Notes under the pieces: model-generated
The model's input: the letters and a program-made list of their open reading frames with translations, nothing else
Databases searched by the model: none
Told to the model about the DNA's origin: nothing
Shown here: one piece after another, positions 1 through 9,927 of the stretch
Layout: every line of letters starts with the position of its first letter
Position numbering within the stretch: position 1 is the first letter of the stretch
Program-made: the position numbers and the translations under genes
Assembly (NCBI GenBank): GCA_963776345.1
Contig: CAVZMH010000012.1
Span: 96,001 to 160,000 of the forward strand
DNA from: an uncultured delta proteobacterium
GTDB lineage: Bacteria; Myxococcota; Myxococcia; Myxococcales; Myxococcaceae
DNA length: 64,000 nucleotides
Reading direction: 5' to 3'

Positions 1-548
1 GTGCTCCACACCAGGCAGCTGGCGAAGTCACCCTCGGCGGTGCCGGCGTCCCCGCCGGTGACGATGGTGATGCCGTCGCCCCCGTGGCGCTTCTGGGCCA
101 GCGCCGTGCCCGGGGCCATCGCGTACTGCACCTCGATGGGGCTCGAGACCGGGACCACGTTCCATTCCCGCTTGCTGAAGTGGCCGGCGAAGTTCCGGCC
201 CCCCGAGTAGGGGTCGCTCGCGGTGCTCTTCATCTGCCGGAGCGCGCCGATGGGGTCCTCGCCCAGCGCCATCAGCGTCGCGCTCTGGCGGTAGTGGGCG
301 TGGAGGTAGTCGTACGCCGGGCCCTGGCCCTTCTTCATCAGGAGCCCGAGGGCGACGTTGAACGCCTCCTCCCCGGGGCCGCCGATCCAGAAGTAGCCGT
401 GGCCCTGGCGGTACATCTGGATGAGCCGCTCCTCGAGCACCCGCGACTCGACCATCAGGTCGTGCATGCGGACGAGGAGCTGCCGCTCCAGCGGGAGGGG
501 TTCCTTGACCAGCGTGGGGCGCCCGCGCCTGGAAGCCGGTTCGGTCAT
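1..548 (-). CDS. 2-oxoacid dehydrogenase E1 alpha subunit (ThDP-dependent); 3' end runs off the window
   Basis: Manual translation from ATG at 548: MTEPASRRGRP...SRVLEERLIQMYRQGHGYFWIGGPGEEA...HYRQ...GGDAGTAEGDF (GD(G/A)xxxEG ThDP motif). Absent from the ORF track because it has no stop inside the window. Confidence 0.85.
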   Translation of the reverse strand, partial: MTEPASRRGRPTLVKEPLPLERQLLVRMHDLMVESRVLEERLIQMYRQGHGYFWIGGPGEEAFNVALGLLMKKGQGPAYDYLHAHYRQSATLMALGEDPIGALRQMKSTASDPYSGGRNFAGHFSKREWNVVPVSSPIEVQYAMAPGTALAQKRHGGDGITIVTGGDAGTAEGDFASCLVWS

Positions 549-596
549 GGCGCGGCCTATACCATCCCGGCGGCAGCATATGCTGCCCGCGAGGTC

Positions 597-1136
597 ATGA
601 CCCCTCCCCTGCTCGAGGCCGTCGCTGCCCGCGTCCGGGACGTCCCGGACTTCCCCCGGCCCGGCGTCGTGTTCAAGGACCTGACCCCGGTGATGGCCGA
701 CCCGCTGCTGTTCCACGGCATCGTCTCCGCGCTCGCCGCCCGGGTGGCGACGCTGGAGATCACCGAGGTGGTGGGCATCGAGGCCCGGGGCTTCATCCTC
801 GGGGGCGCCCTGGCCGCCACGCTGCGTCGTGGATTCGTCCCGGTCCGCAAGCCGGGCAAGCTCCCCCGGAAGGCGCACCGGGAAGCCTACGGGCTCGAGT
901 ACGGGCAGGACGCGCTCGAGCTGCACACCGACGCCCTGGTCCGGAACGCCCGGGTCCTGGTGGTGGATGACCTCCTCGCCACCGGGGGCACCGCCCTGGC
1001 CACCGAGAAGCTCATCCGCCGGGCCGGGGGGACGGTGGTGGGGTTCACCTTCCTGGTCGAGCTCGTATACCTGGGCGGGGCGGAACGGCTGGGCTCGGAC
1101 CGCGTCGTCTCCCTGCTCCAGTACGACCAGCCCTGA
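597..1136 (+). CDS. apt: Adenine phosphoribosyltransferase
   Basis: VPDFPRPGVVFKDLTP, GIEARGF, VRKPGKLP, LEYG and the PRPP-binding motif VVDDLLATGGT; ATG at 597 after GAGG. Confidence 0.95.
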   Translation: MTPPLLEAVAARVRDVPDFPRPGVVFKDLTPVMADPLLFHGIVSALAARVATLEITEVVGIEARGFILGGALAATLRRGFVPVRKPGKLPRKAHREAYGLEYGQDALELHTDALVRNARVLVVDDLLATGGTALATEKLIRRAGGTVVGFTFLVELVYLGGAERLGSDRVVSLLQYDQP

Positions 1137-1207
1137 ACGGCCCGGGCGCCGGGGTGATGTGTGAAGCACTCGACAGTGTGGGGGCGGGCCTGCTTTGTTG
1201 CAGGCCC

Positions 1208-2158
1208 GTGGAGTCTCCGCTCTCCCTCCAGGTGGGTCCCCAGGGCCTCCTCCGCTTTGCCGCCGATCGCCGGACCTTGGGCGTCCTGACCGCCCACGCG
1301 GCGCTCACGGTCGCAGCCTGGGTCGTCGCCCCCACGGGCGTGACGCAGCTCGTCGCGATGGCCGTCCTGGGCTACACGGCCTGGCTCACGGCCGTGGTGG
1401 CCCACAACACGGTCCACTGTCCGCTCTTCCGGCGCCGGTGGATGAACTCCGCCTTCCAGGTCTGGGTGAGCCTCTCCTACGGGTTCCCCATCAGCGAGTA
1501 CATCCCGGGCCACAACCTCTCGCATCACCGGTTCCTCCAGGCGCGCGAGGACGTGATGCGCACCTCGAAGGTGCGCTTCCGCTGGAATCTCCTCAACCTC
1601 CTGGCGTTCCCGTTCGCCGTCACCCCGGCCATCCTCCGCGGGAACCGGCGCTACGCCTCGCTCAAGGGGAGCCAGGGCTGGCGGCGGCAGCTGCGGCTCG
1701 AGGCGGTCATCGTCTGGGGCGTGAAGCTCGGGCTGTTCGCGCTCGACTGGCGCAAGGCGCTCTGCTTCGTGCTGCTCCCGCAGCTCGTCGCCAACCTGGG
1801 CATCGTGGGCATCAACTTCTTCTGGCATGACGGCTGCGACCCCGACCACCCGGTGAACCACTCCCGGAACTTCGTCGGACCGCTGCTCAACTTCCTGACC
1901 CTCAACAACGGCTACCACGGCGTTCATCACCTCGAGCCGGGGCTGCACTGGAGCCTCCTGCCCGAGGCGCACGCCAAGCGGATCCGCCCCGGGCTGCACC
2001 CGGCGCTCGAGCAACGCTCGCTGCTCGCCTATGCGTGGCGGACGTTCGTGTACCCGGGCCGCCGGGAGACCTTCGACGGACGCCCGGTGACCTTCCCCGA
2101 GCTGGACACCGACCTCGACTGGGTCACGCCCGAGCGCGGGGAAGCCCAGGCCGCATAG
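1208..2158 (+). CDS. Membrane fatty acid desaturase family protein
   Basis: Three His boxes (HNTVH, HNLSHH, YHGVHH) and hydrophobic segments; start uncertain (1154-1208). Confidence 0.85.
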   Translation: MESPLSLQVGPQGLLRFAADRRTLGVLTAHAALTVAAWVVAPTGVTQLVAMAVLGYTAWLTAVVAHNTVHCPLFRRRWMNSAFQVWVSLSYGFPISEYIPGHNLSHHRFLQAREDVMRTSKVRFRWNLLNLLAFPFAVTPAILRGNRRYASLKGSQGWRRQLRLEAVIVWGVKLGLFALDWRKALCFVLLPQLVANLGIVGINFFWHDGCDPDHPVNHSRNFVGPLLNFLTLNNGYHGVHHLEPGLHWSLLPEAHAKRIRPGLHPALEQRSLLAYAWRTFVYPGRRETFDGRPVTFPELDTDLDWVTPERGEAQAA

Positions 2159-2223
2159 CCGCGCGGGGGCCCGCGGGTCCTGGCTGGAGTTTCGTCCCGG
2201 CCGGCGCGATGGTCGCGGGTCCC

Positions 2224-3216
2224 ATGGCAGACACCTTCACCGCGCTGGTTGCCGAGCAGGCCGATGGGCGCACGCAGGTCAAGCGGACCACGCTCGAGGA
2301 GGCGGCGCTCCCTCCCGGCGAGATCACCATCGACATCGCCTACAGCTCGCTCAACTACAAGGACGGGCTCGCGCTCACCGGTCGCGGGAAGGTCATTCGC
2401 AAGTGGCCGATGGTGCCGGGCATCGACCTCGCCGGGCGGGTGCGCTCGAGCGCCAGCCCGCGCTTCAAGCCCGGCGACCCGGTGCTGATCACCGGCAACG
2501 GGCTGGGGGTGAGCTGGTGGGGCGGCTTCGCGCAGCGGGCCCGGGTCAAGGAGTCGATGGTGCTGCCCATCCCCCCGGGGATGGACGCGCGCACGTCGAT
2601 GGCCATCGGGACGGCGGGCTTCACCGCCGCGCTCTGCGTGCTGGCGCTCCAGGACCACGGGACGCTGAAGACGGACCGCGAGCTGGTGGTCACCGGCGCG
2701 GCCGGCGGCGTGGGCTCCATCGCCGTGGGGCTGCTGGCCGCGCTCGGCAAGAAGGTGGTCGCCTCGACCGGACGCACGTCCGAGGCGGACTACCTCAAGA
2801 AGCTCGGCGCCGTGGACATCATCGGTCGCGACGTGCTCGCGCAGAAGGGGCCGCCGCTGGCCTCCGAGCGGTGGGGCGGCGGCGTGGACACCGTGGGCGG
2901 GCAGACCCTGGTCACCCTGTGCAGCCAGACCGCGTACCGCGGCGCGGTGGCCGCATGCGGGCTCGCCGGGGGCTCGGACTTCCCCGGCACCGTGTTCCCC
3001 TTCATCCTCCGCAACGTCGCCCTGCTCGGCTGCGACTCGGACCTGACCCCGCCCGAGGAGCGCATCCGGGCCTGGAAGCTCCTGGGGGACCAGCTGGGCA
3101 AGCTGCACCTGGGCGAGGTGACCCAGGAGGTCCCGCTGTCCCAGCTGGTGGAGTTCGCCCCCCGCATCGTGGACGGCCAGGTGCGCGGGCGCGTGGTCGT
3201 GAACGTGAATGCCTGA
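2224..3216 (+). CDS. MDR-family oxidoreductase, YhdH/AcuI (acryloyl-CoA reductase)-like
   Basis: YSSLNYKDGLA, PGIDLAG, GTAGFTA, VTGAAGGVGS, VFPFILR. Confidence 0.88.
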   Translation: MADTFTALVAEQADGRTQVKRTTLEEAALPPGEITIDIAYSSLNYKDGLALTGRGKVIRKWPMVPGIDLAGRVRSSASPRFKPGDPVLITGNGLGVSWWGGFAQRARVKESMVLPIPPGMDARTSMAIGTAGFTAALCVLALQDHGTLKTDRELVVTGAAGGVGSIAVGLLAALGKKVVASTGRTSEADYLKKLGAVDIIGRDVLAQKGPPLASERWGGGVDTVGGQTLVTLCSQTAYRGAVAACGLAGGSDFPGTVFPFILRNVALLGCDSDLTPPEERIRAWKLLGDQLGKLHLGEVTQEVPLSQLVEFAPRIVDGQVRGRVVVNVNA

Positions 3217-4171
3217 GCACGCGGTCCTCTTCACCCGGGCGTTGCCGGAGGCGGTCGAGCGCCGCGCGGCACGCGACTACCGGCTCGTCGCCAACCCCGA
3301 GGACCGCCCGCTGTCGGCCGACGAGCTGGTGGCGCGGAGCCAGGACGTGGACGCGGTGGTGTGCACCGTGGCCGACCGGATGAGCGCCGGCGTCCTCTCC
3401 CGGCTCCCGGCGCGGGTCCGCATCGTGGCCAGCTTCGGGGTGGGCACCGACCACCTCGACCTCGCGGCGGCGAAGGCCCGGGGCCTGGTGGTGTCGAACA
3501 CCCCCGAGGTGCTGACCGACGCCACGGCCGAGGTTGCGCTGCTCCTCCTCCTCGGCGCCGCCCGCCGCGCGACCGAGGGTCAGGAGCTGCTCCGCGCGGG
3601 CAAGTGGACCGGCTGGGCGCCCACGCAGCTCATGGGCCGGCAGCTGAGCGGCAAGCGCCTCGGCATCGTGGGGATGGGGCGCATCGGCCAGGCCATGGCC
3701 CGGCGGGCCCGGGGCTTCGGCGTCGAGATCCACTACACCGATCAGCGGCGCCTTCCCCCCGAGCGCGAGGAGGGCGCCACCTTCCACCCGAGCGTGGAGG
3801 AGCTGCTCCCGCTGAGCGAGCTGCTCTCGCTGCACGCGCCCTCCACGCCCGAGACGCGCCACCTGCTCGATGCGCGTCGGCTGGCGCTGCTCCCGCGCGG
3901 CGCCATCGTGGTGAACAGCGCGCGGGGCGACCTGGTGGACGACGAGGCGCTCATCGCCGCCCTGCGCTCGGGGCAGGTGGGGGCCGCCGGCCTGGACGTG
4001 TTCCAGGGCGAGCCGGCCGTGCACCCCGGGTACCGGAGCCTGCCCAACACCTTCCTCCTGCCCCACATGGGCAGCGCGACCATCGAGACCCGCGAGGCGA
4101 TGGGGTTCCGGGCGCTGGACAACGTGGACGCGGTCCTCTCGGGCAGGCCCGCGCCGGACCGGGTGGCCTGA
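3209..4171 (+). CDS. D-2-hydroxyacid dehydrogenase (glyoxylate/hydroxypyruvate reductase-like)
   Basis: GVGTDHLD, NTPEVLTDATA, GMGRIG, NSARG, LDVFQGEP, PHMGSAT. Confidence 0.9.
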   Translation: MPEHAVLFTRALPEAVERRAARDYRLVANPEDRPLSADELVARSQDVDAVVCTVADRMSAGVLSRLPARVRIVASFGVGTDHLDLAAAKARGLVVSNTPEVLTDATAEVALLLLLGAARRATEGQELLRAGKWTGWAPTQLMGRQLSGKRLGIVGMGRIGQAMARRARGFGVEIHYTDQRRLPPEREEGATFHPSVEELLPLSELLSLHAPSTPETRHLLDARRLALLPRGAIVVNSARGDLVDDEALIAALRSGQVGAAGLDVFQGEPAVHPGYRSLPNTFLLPHMGSATIETREAMGFRALDNVDAVLSGRPAPDRVA

Positions 4172-4199
4172 CCGCGCGCCGTCGATTAGGTGCGGGGCC

Positions 4200-5267
4200 G
4201 TGGCCCACCTGCTCGACCCGCTGACCCTGCGCTCCGTCACCCTCCCCAACCGGATCGGCGTCTCGCCCATGTGCGAGTACAGCTCCGAGGACGGCTTCGC
4301 CAACGACTGGCATCTGGTCCACCTCGGCTCGCGGGCCGTGGGCGGAGCGGGCCTGGTGCTCACCGAGGCCGCCGCCGTCGAGGCCCGGGGGCGCATCAGC
4401 CCGCGCGACCTGGGCCTGTGGAAGGACGCCCACGTCGACTTCCTGGGGCGCATCGTGCGCTTCGTCGAGGCGCGGGGGGCGGTGGCGGGGGTGCAGCTGG
4501 CGCACGCCGGGCGAAAGGGAAGCACCGCGGTGCCGTGGGAGGGCGGACAGGGCGTCGGTCCGGAGCAGGGCGGCTGGGAGCCCATCGCCCCCAGCGCGGT
4601 GGCCTTCTCCGAGCGGACGATCGCGCCCCGGGCCATGTCGCTCGAGGACATCCGCGAGGTGACCCGGGCCTTCGCCGGGGCGGCCCGGCGCGCCGAGGCG
4701 GCGGGATTCGGGGTGGTGGAGCTGCACTTCGCCCACGGGTACCTGGTGCACGAGTTCCTCTCGCCGCTCTCCAACCGGCGGGAGGACGGCTACGGCGGCG
4801 GGTTCGAGCAGCGGATCCGCCTGGCGCTGGAGATCGCCCGCGCCGTCCGGGCGGAGTGGCCGGAGCGGCTGCCGCTGCTCGCGCGCCTGTCGTGCACCGA
4901 CTGGGTCGAGGGCGGCTGGTCGGTGGACGAGAGCGTGGAGCTGGCGCGCCGGCTGGGCGCCGAGGGGGTGGACCTGGTGGATTGCAGCTCGGGTGGGCTG
5001 GTCCCCAACGCGCGGATCGACGCGGTCCCCGGGTACCAGGTGCCCTTCGCCCGCCGCATCCGCGCCGAGGCCGGCGTGGCCACCGCCGCGGTGGGCCTGA
5101 TCACCGAGCCGGCGCAGGCCGAGGCCATCGTCCACGGCGGCGAGGCGGAGATGGTGTTCCTCGCCCGGGCGATGCTCCGCGACCCGTACTGGCCGCTCCA
5201 CGCTGCGGCCGCGCTCGGACGCCCCGAGGCTCGACGCGTCCCGGCGCAGTACCTCCGGGCGTTCTAG
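4200..5267 (+). CDS. NADH:flavin oxidoreductase, old yellow enzyme (YqjM/NamA-like)
   Basis: SPMCEYS, QLAHAGRK, ELHFAHGYL, FLSPLSNRREDGYGG, LRDPYWP, QYLRA. Confidence 0.92.
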   Translation: MAHLLDPLTLRSVTLPNRIGVSPMCEYSSEDGFANDWHLVHLGSRAVGGAGLVLTEAAAVEARGRISPRDLGLWKDAHVDFLGRIVRFVEARGAVAGVQLAHAGRKGSTAVPWEGGQGVGPEQGGWEPIAPSAVAFSERTIAPRAMSLEDIREVTRAFAGAARRAEAAGFGVVELHFAHGYLVHEFLSPLSNRREDGYGGGFEQRIRLALEIARAVRAEWPERLPLLARLSCTDWVEGGWSVDESVELARRLGAEGVDLVDCSSGGLVPNARIDAVPGYQVPFARRIRAEAGVATAAVGLITEPAQAEAIVHGGEAEMVFLARAMLRDPYWPLHAAAALGRPEARRVPAQYLRAF

Positions 5268-5431
5268 CGCCCGACTCGACCGGCCCCTGGGCCTCGAGCG
5301 CCGCGCCGCTCCCGCCCGCAGGCACGCCAGGCCACCGTCCGAGCCGCTTCTCGGCCAGGACCGGCGGACCCGTGCCCGGGCTCGCCGAGGGAGGCGGACG
5401 CTGGCAGGCTCGGGCGCATGCGCAGGCATCC

Positions 5432-6269
5432 GATGCGCGCACCGCTCGTGACGCTGTGGCTTCTGGCCTCGCCCGCTCTGGCGCAGGAGGGCAGCGGCGC
5501 GCCCGGACCCTCGCCTCCGTCTCCGGCCCGGCCTGCCCCCGAGTCCGAGATCGGCGAGGCACCGCCCCCGGCGCCGGCGCCGCCCTCCGCGCCGCCACCG
5601 TCGAGCGGCCAGACGAGACCGGTCATCGAGCCCCCGCTCGACGCGCCACCGTTCCCGGTGGCGGCGCCGCCACCGAGCGTGCCGCCACCGAGCCTGCCGC
5701 CATCGAGCGTGCTGCCACCGCCCGTCCCGCTCTCGGTTCCCCCGGATCCGACACGGCACCGCCACCTCGGTCTCTATTTCCACGTCGATCTCGGCGGCGG
5801 GTTCCTGCGGTCGTCGCCCTCTCCGTCCGGAACGACACCCGCGTTCTCCGGCGGCGCCGTGTCGGTGTCGGTCGCCGGTGGATGGGCCTTCTCGGAGAAC
5901 TGGATCGCCGCGATGGATGTCTGGGCCTGTGCCGCGCCGGCCGGTCAGTTCGGTCCGGACGCGACGCTGGGGCTGACCGGCATCGGCGTGGGCATCACCC
6001 ACTACCTCATGCCGGCGAACGTCTTCGTGTCGCTCAGCCCGTCCGTCACCGTGCTGAGCATCAACGACCAGAACAGCAACGAGGTGGGCAGGACGGAGTA
6101 CGGATTCGGGGCGAAGCTCGCGGTCGGCAAGGAGTGGTGGATCGGTGACCACTGGGGCATCGGCCTCGCGGCCCAGCTCTTCTTCGGCATCAACAAGGAC
6201 CGGGGGACCGATCCGCCCACCTGGACGAGCTTCGGCGCCGGGCTCGTCTTCAGCGCCACCTACAACTGA
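5432..6269 (+). CDS. Exported protein with Pro-rich linker and probable small outer-membrane beta-barrel
   Basis: Signal peptide (..ASPALA-Q), long Pro-rich tract, amphipathic beta-strand-like C-terminus ending FSATYN. Confidence 0.65.
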
Positions 6270-6442
6270 GTGCGGCCTTGACGCGCGGTGCGTGACGCAC
6301 CGTGACGCGATGTCTGATCCTTCGGTCAGCCTAGCCCCGGAGTGACGGATGGATGCGGCACGCGACAACCCAGTCCGCCCGAGAGAACGAAAACCTTTCC
6401 CGGGCGCCGGGCATTCGAGAGAGAGTTCCGGGAGTTGGGGCG

Positions 6443-7243
6443 ATGACCAGCGCAGATCCGACGCAGGCTCGGGCCGAGACCGACGCGCTCCTCGAGCACG
6501 CCGCGGAGCTTCCTCTGGCCATCATCCAGACCGATGGCGACGGAACCATCCAGCGCTGGGCCGGCGCTGCCGAGCGTCTCCTCGGCTGGTCGGCCGCCGA
6601 GGTCCTCGGCAAGCACATCGAGGCGCTGGAGCTGATCCACCAGGCGGACCTCCCGCTCGTCAACGTCGTGGTCGGTCGGCTGCGGTCGGGCCCCGAGACG
6701 CGGATGGTGCACCGGAATCGGACCCTGACCCGCTCCGGCGAGGTGCGGCACTGCGAGTGGACGCGGATCCGCCTCGCCGGGCCCGGCGGTGAGCTTCCCG
6801 CGATGCTCTCCTACGTGGCCGACGTCACCCCCCAGGTCGCCGCCGAGGCCGCGGCCGGCCGCGCGATGGCCGAGCTGGACCGCTGGCTCCACGCCTGCCC
6901 CGATGGCTTCCTCGGCCTCGACCGGGAATGGCGCATCACCCACTGGAATCCCTGCGCCGAGCGGATGCTGGAGAAGTCACGCTCCGAGGTGCTGGGTCGC
7001 AAGCTGTGGAGCGTCCTCCCCGAGCTGTGGGGGAGCACGTTTCACCGCGCCTTCACCGAAGCGCTCGGGGACGGGCACCTCCACATCCTCGAGGAGCGCT
7101 GGCCGGTGGGCCAGAACTGGTACGGGGTCACCGTCGCACGATCGCCGCGGGGGCTGTTCGTGTTCTTCCGCGACGTGACCGGCCGCCGCCAGCTCGAGGA
7201 GGATCTGCTCACCGCCTATGGCGAGATCCGCCTGACCGGCTAG
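6443..7243 (+). CDS. Tandem PAS-domain protein without an output domain
   Basis: Two PAS/PAC repeats (AERLLGWSAAEVLGK...DVT and WNPCAERML...FFRDVTGRR); stops shortly after the second PAC. Confidence 0.75.
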   Translation: MTSADPTQARAETDALLEHAAELPLAIIQTDGDGTIQRWAGAAERLLGWSAAEVLGKHIEALELIHQADLPLVNVVVGRLRSGPETRMVHRNRTLTRSGEVRHCEWTRIRLAGPGGELPAMLSYVADVTPQVAAEAAAGRAMAELDRWLHACPDGFLGLDREWRITHWNPCAERMLEKSRSEVLGRKLWSVLPELWGSTFHRAFTEALGDGHLHILEERWPVGQNWYGVTVARSPRGLFVFFRDVTGRRQLEEDLLTAYGEIRLTG

Positions 7244-7626
7244 CGCGTCGGCGGGCGCTGCGGGAACCAGTGGCCGGCGAGCGTGGCGGTCACCAGGGTC
7301 AGCGCGTCCAGCAGCCCGAAGGCGAGCAGGTGGCGGAGCACCGTCGGCGCCGCAGGCAAGCCGGGTCCGAGCAGCAGCGCCAGCACCCCGTGGAGCGCGA
7401 CGGTCTGTCCCGGCGCGAGGAGCGCGGCCAGGGCCAGCGCCTCCGGGATCCGGTCCGCACGGAAGCGGGCGAGGAACGCCGCCACCGCGACCAGGGCCAC
7501 CGCGCCCCAGGCGACCATCGCCCAGGTGGAGGCCTCCGCCCGCGCCATCAGCACGAAGGCGCCGGCGAGGAGCGCCGTCCCCACCGTGGCCGAGGCCACC
7601 GCCAGCGCGCGGCCCCCGCGGGTCAC
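7240..7626 (-). CDS. Small hypothetical membrane protein
   Basis: Hydrophobic 3' end of ORF 7240..10248; GTG start overlaps the stop of the upstream hydratase/decarboxylase gene. Confidence 0.55.
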   Translation of the reverse strand: MTRGGRALAVASATVGTALLAGAFVLMARAEASTWAMVAWGAVALVAVAAFLARFRADRIPEALALAALLAPGQTVALHGVLALLLGPGLPAAPTVLRHLLAFGLLDALTLVTATLAGHWFPQRPPTR

Positions 7627-8393
7627 GGCTCGACCCGGACCGAGATGCTTCCCAGCCAGCCCGCGTCCAGCCTGACCTCCATCCCGGCGGCGAGCGGCTC
7701 GGCGACCGTGGCCGCGCCGGCGAGGACCACGCTCCCCGGCGGGAGCGACTGACCCCGCCCGGCGAGCAGCGCGCACAGCTGGACCACCGAGAGCACCGGA
7801 TCCCCGGAGATGGCCGCGCCGGTCGCGCGCTGCCGGGCGCTGCCGTCGATGGACATCACCAGCTCGACCCGGCAGAGGTCGCGGCCCTCCACCTCGAGCC
7901 AGCGCTCGGGCAACACCACGTGAGAGGACGAGGCGTTGTCCGCCACCACGTCCGGGAGGCTGAAGTACTTGAAGTCGCGGTACCGCGAATCGAGGATCTC
8001 CAGCGCCGGACCCACCGCGGTGCAGGCGGAGAGGACCGCCGCCCGGTCCGGCGTCCCGTCGAGGCCGCGGGCGAAGCGGAAGGCGATCTCCGGCTCGATC
8101 TTCGGATGCAGCGTGCCGCCGAGATGGAACGTCCCGCGGACGACCATCGCGTCGGTGAGCACGCCGTAGATGGGGGCTCCGAGCGACATCTGCCGTCGCT
8201 TGGCCTCCGAGGTGAGCCCCATCTTCATCCCGATGACCCGCTCGCCGCGGGCGACGCGCAGCGCAATGCCGGCGTCCATCACCCGGTACGCCTGGGGGAG
8301 GTCCAGGTCGGGAGCCTCGAGCGTCAGCCGCTCCACCTCCCGGCCGTGCCGCCGCGCGTCGTCCAGGTGACCCGCCAGGCGCTCGATGTCCAT
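7623..8393 (-). CDS. 4-oxalocrotonate decarboxylase / 2-keto-4-pentenoate hydratase family (FAH superfamily)
   Basis: GMKMGLTS, HPKIEPEIAF, LEILDSRY, DVVADNASS; divergent from the aminomuconate pathway operon. Confidence 0.88.
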   Translation of the reverse strand: MDIERLAGHLDDARRHGREVERLTLEAPDLDLPQAYRVMDAGIALRVARGERVIGMKMGLTSEAKRRQMSLGAPIYGVLTDAMVVRGTFHLGGTLHPKIEPEIAFRFARGLDGTPDRAAVLSACTAVGPALEILDSRYRDFKYFSLPDVVADNASSSHVVLPERWLEVEGRDLCRVELVMSIDGSARQRATGAAISGDPVLSVVQLCALLAGRGQSLPPGSVVLAGAATVAEPLAAGMEVRLDAGWLGSISVRVEP

Positions 8394-8469
8394 CCTCACG
8401 CTCCTCCGCGCACCACCCGTCCCCCCGGCGCCGGCCCGGGTGGCGCATACTAGGAGAGGCGGAGGGTTC

Positions 8470-9921
8470 ATGGACGGCGTCCTCAACGTCATCGACGGCC
8501 GGGAGGCCCCGGCGCGGTCCGGGGCGACGCTCCCCAACTGGGAGCCCGCCACCGGCGGCCCCCTGGGCACCCTGCCCGACTCGGACGCCGCCGACGTGGC
8601 CGACGCGGTCGACGCCGCCCGGCGCGCCTTCCCCGCCTGGAGCGCCACCCCCGCCCCGGTCCGGAGCCGCCTCCTGCGCAAGGTGGCCGACGCCCTGCGC
8701 CAGGCCCTGCCCGAGCTCGCCCGCGCCGAGTCGGTGGACACGGGCAAGCCCCTCTCGGTCGCCGCCGAGGTGGACATCCCGCGGGCCGTCCTGAACTTCG
8801 AGTTCTTCGCCGACGCCGCCACCCAGTTCGCGAGCGAGTGCCACCCCATGGACGGGCACGCGCTGAACGTCACCCTGCGGCACCCCCTGGGCGTGGTGGG
8901 GACCATCTCGCCCTGGAATTTCCCGCTCTACCTCCTGACCTGGAAGGTGGCGCCCGCCCTGGCCGTGGGCAACACGGTGGTCGCCAAGCCGTCGGAGGTG
9001 ACGCCGGTCACTGCGCACCGGCTCGGGCGCATCGCGCTGGAGGCGGGCCTGCCCCCGGGCGTGCTGAACATCGTGCACGGGCTCGGGCCCAAGGTGGGGC
9101 CTGCGCTCTGCAGCCACCCCGAGGTGAAGGCCATCTCCTTCACCGGGAGCACCCGCACCGGGGCGGAGATCGCCCGCACCGCCGCGCCGCTGTTCAAGAA
9201 GCTCTCCCTGGAGATGGGCGGGAAGAACCCGGTGGTCATCTTCGCCGACGCGGACCTGGACGCGGCGGTGGCCACCACCGTGCGCTCGTCGTTCGCCAAC
9301 CAGGGGCAGATCTGCCTCTGCTGCCCGCGCATCTTCGTGGAGCGGAGCGTCTACGCCCGGGTCCGCGACGCGCTGGTGGAGCGCACCCGGGCGCTGAAGC
9401 TCGGCGACCCGCTCCTGCCCGACACCGAGCAGGGCGCCCTGGTCAGCCGGGCCCACCTGGACAAGGTGCTCTCCTATCTCGCGCTGGCCCGCGAGGAGGG
9501 CGGGCGGTTCCTCACCGGCGGCAAGCGGGCCGAGGTGGGCGGGCGCTGCCGCGAGGGGTGGTTCGTCGAGCCGACCCTGGTCGAGGGCCTGGGCCCGCTG
9601 TGCCGCACCAACCAGGAGGAGATCTTCGGCCCGGTGGCGGCGCTGATGCCCTTCGACTCGGAGGACGAGGTCCTCCGCGCCTGCAACGGCGTCCGCTACG
9701 GCCTGGCCGCGTCGGTGTGGACGCGGGACCTGGTCCGGGCCCACCGCTTCAGCGCGGCGCTGGAGAGCGGCATCGTCTGGGTGAACACCTGGATGCTCCG
9801 CGACCTGCGCACCCCGTTCGGCGGGATGAAGGACTCGGGCGTGGGCCGCGAGGGCGGCCAGGAGGCGCTCCGCTTCTTCACCGAGCCCCAGAACGTCTGC
9901 ATCCACCTCGCAGGAGGTTGA
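8470..9921 (+). CDS. 2-aminomuconate 6-semialdehyde dehydrogenase (ALDH8-like)
   Basis: ISPWNFPL, FTGST, LEMGGKNP, NQGQICLC, EEIFGPV, LRDLRTPFGG; operon context. Confidence 0.88.
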   Translation: MDGVLNVIDGREAPARSGATLPNWEPATGGPLGTLPDSDAADVADAVDAARRAFPAWSATPAPVRSRLLRKVADALRQALPELARAESVDTGKPLSVAAEVDIPRAVLNFEFFADAATQFASECHPMDGHALNVTLRHPLGVVGTISPWNFPLYLLTWKVAPALAVGNTVVAKPSEVTPVTAHRLGRIALEAGLPPGVLNIVHGLGPKVGPALCSHPEVKAISFTGSTRTGAEIARTAAPLFKKLSLEMGGKNPVVIFADADLDAAVATTVRSSFANQGQICLCCPRIFVERSVYARVRDALVERTRALKLGDPLLPDTEQGALVSRAHLDKVLSYLALAREEGGRFLTGGKRAEVGGRCREGWFVEPTLVEGLGPLCRTNQEEIFGPVAALMPFDSEDEVLRACNGVRYGLAASVWTRDLVRAHRFSAALESGIVWVNTWMLRDLRTPFGGMKDSGVGREGGQEALRFFTEPQNVCIHLAGG

Positions 9922-9927
9922 AGGCCC

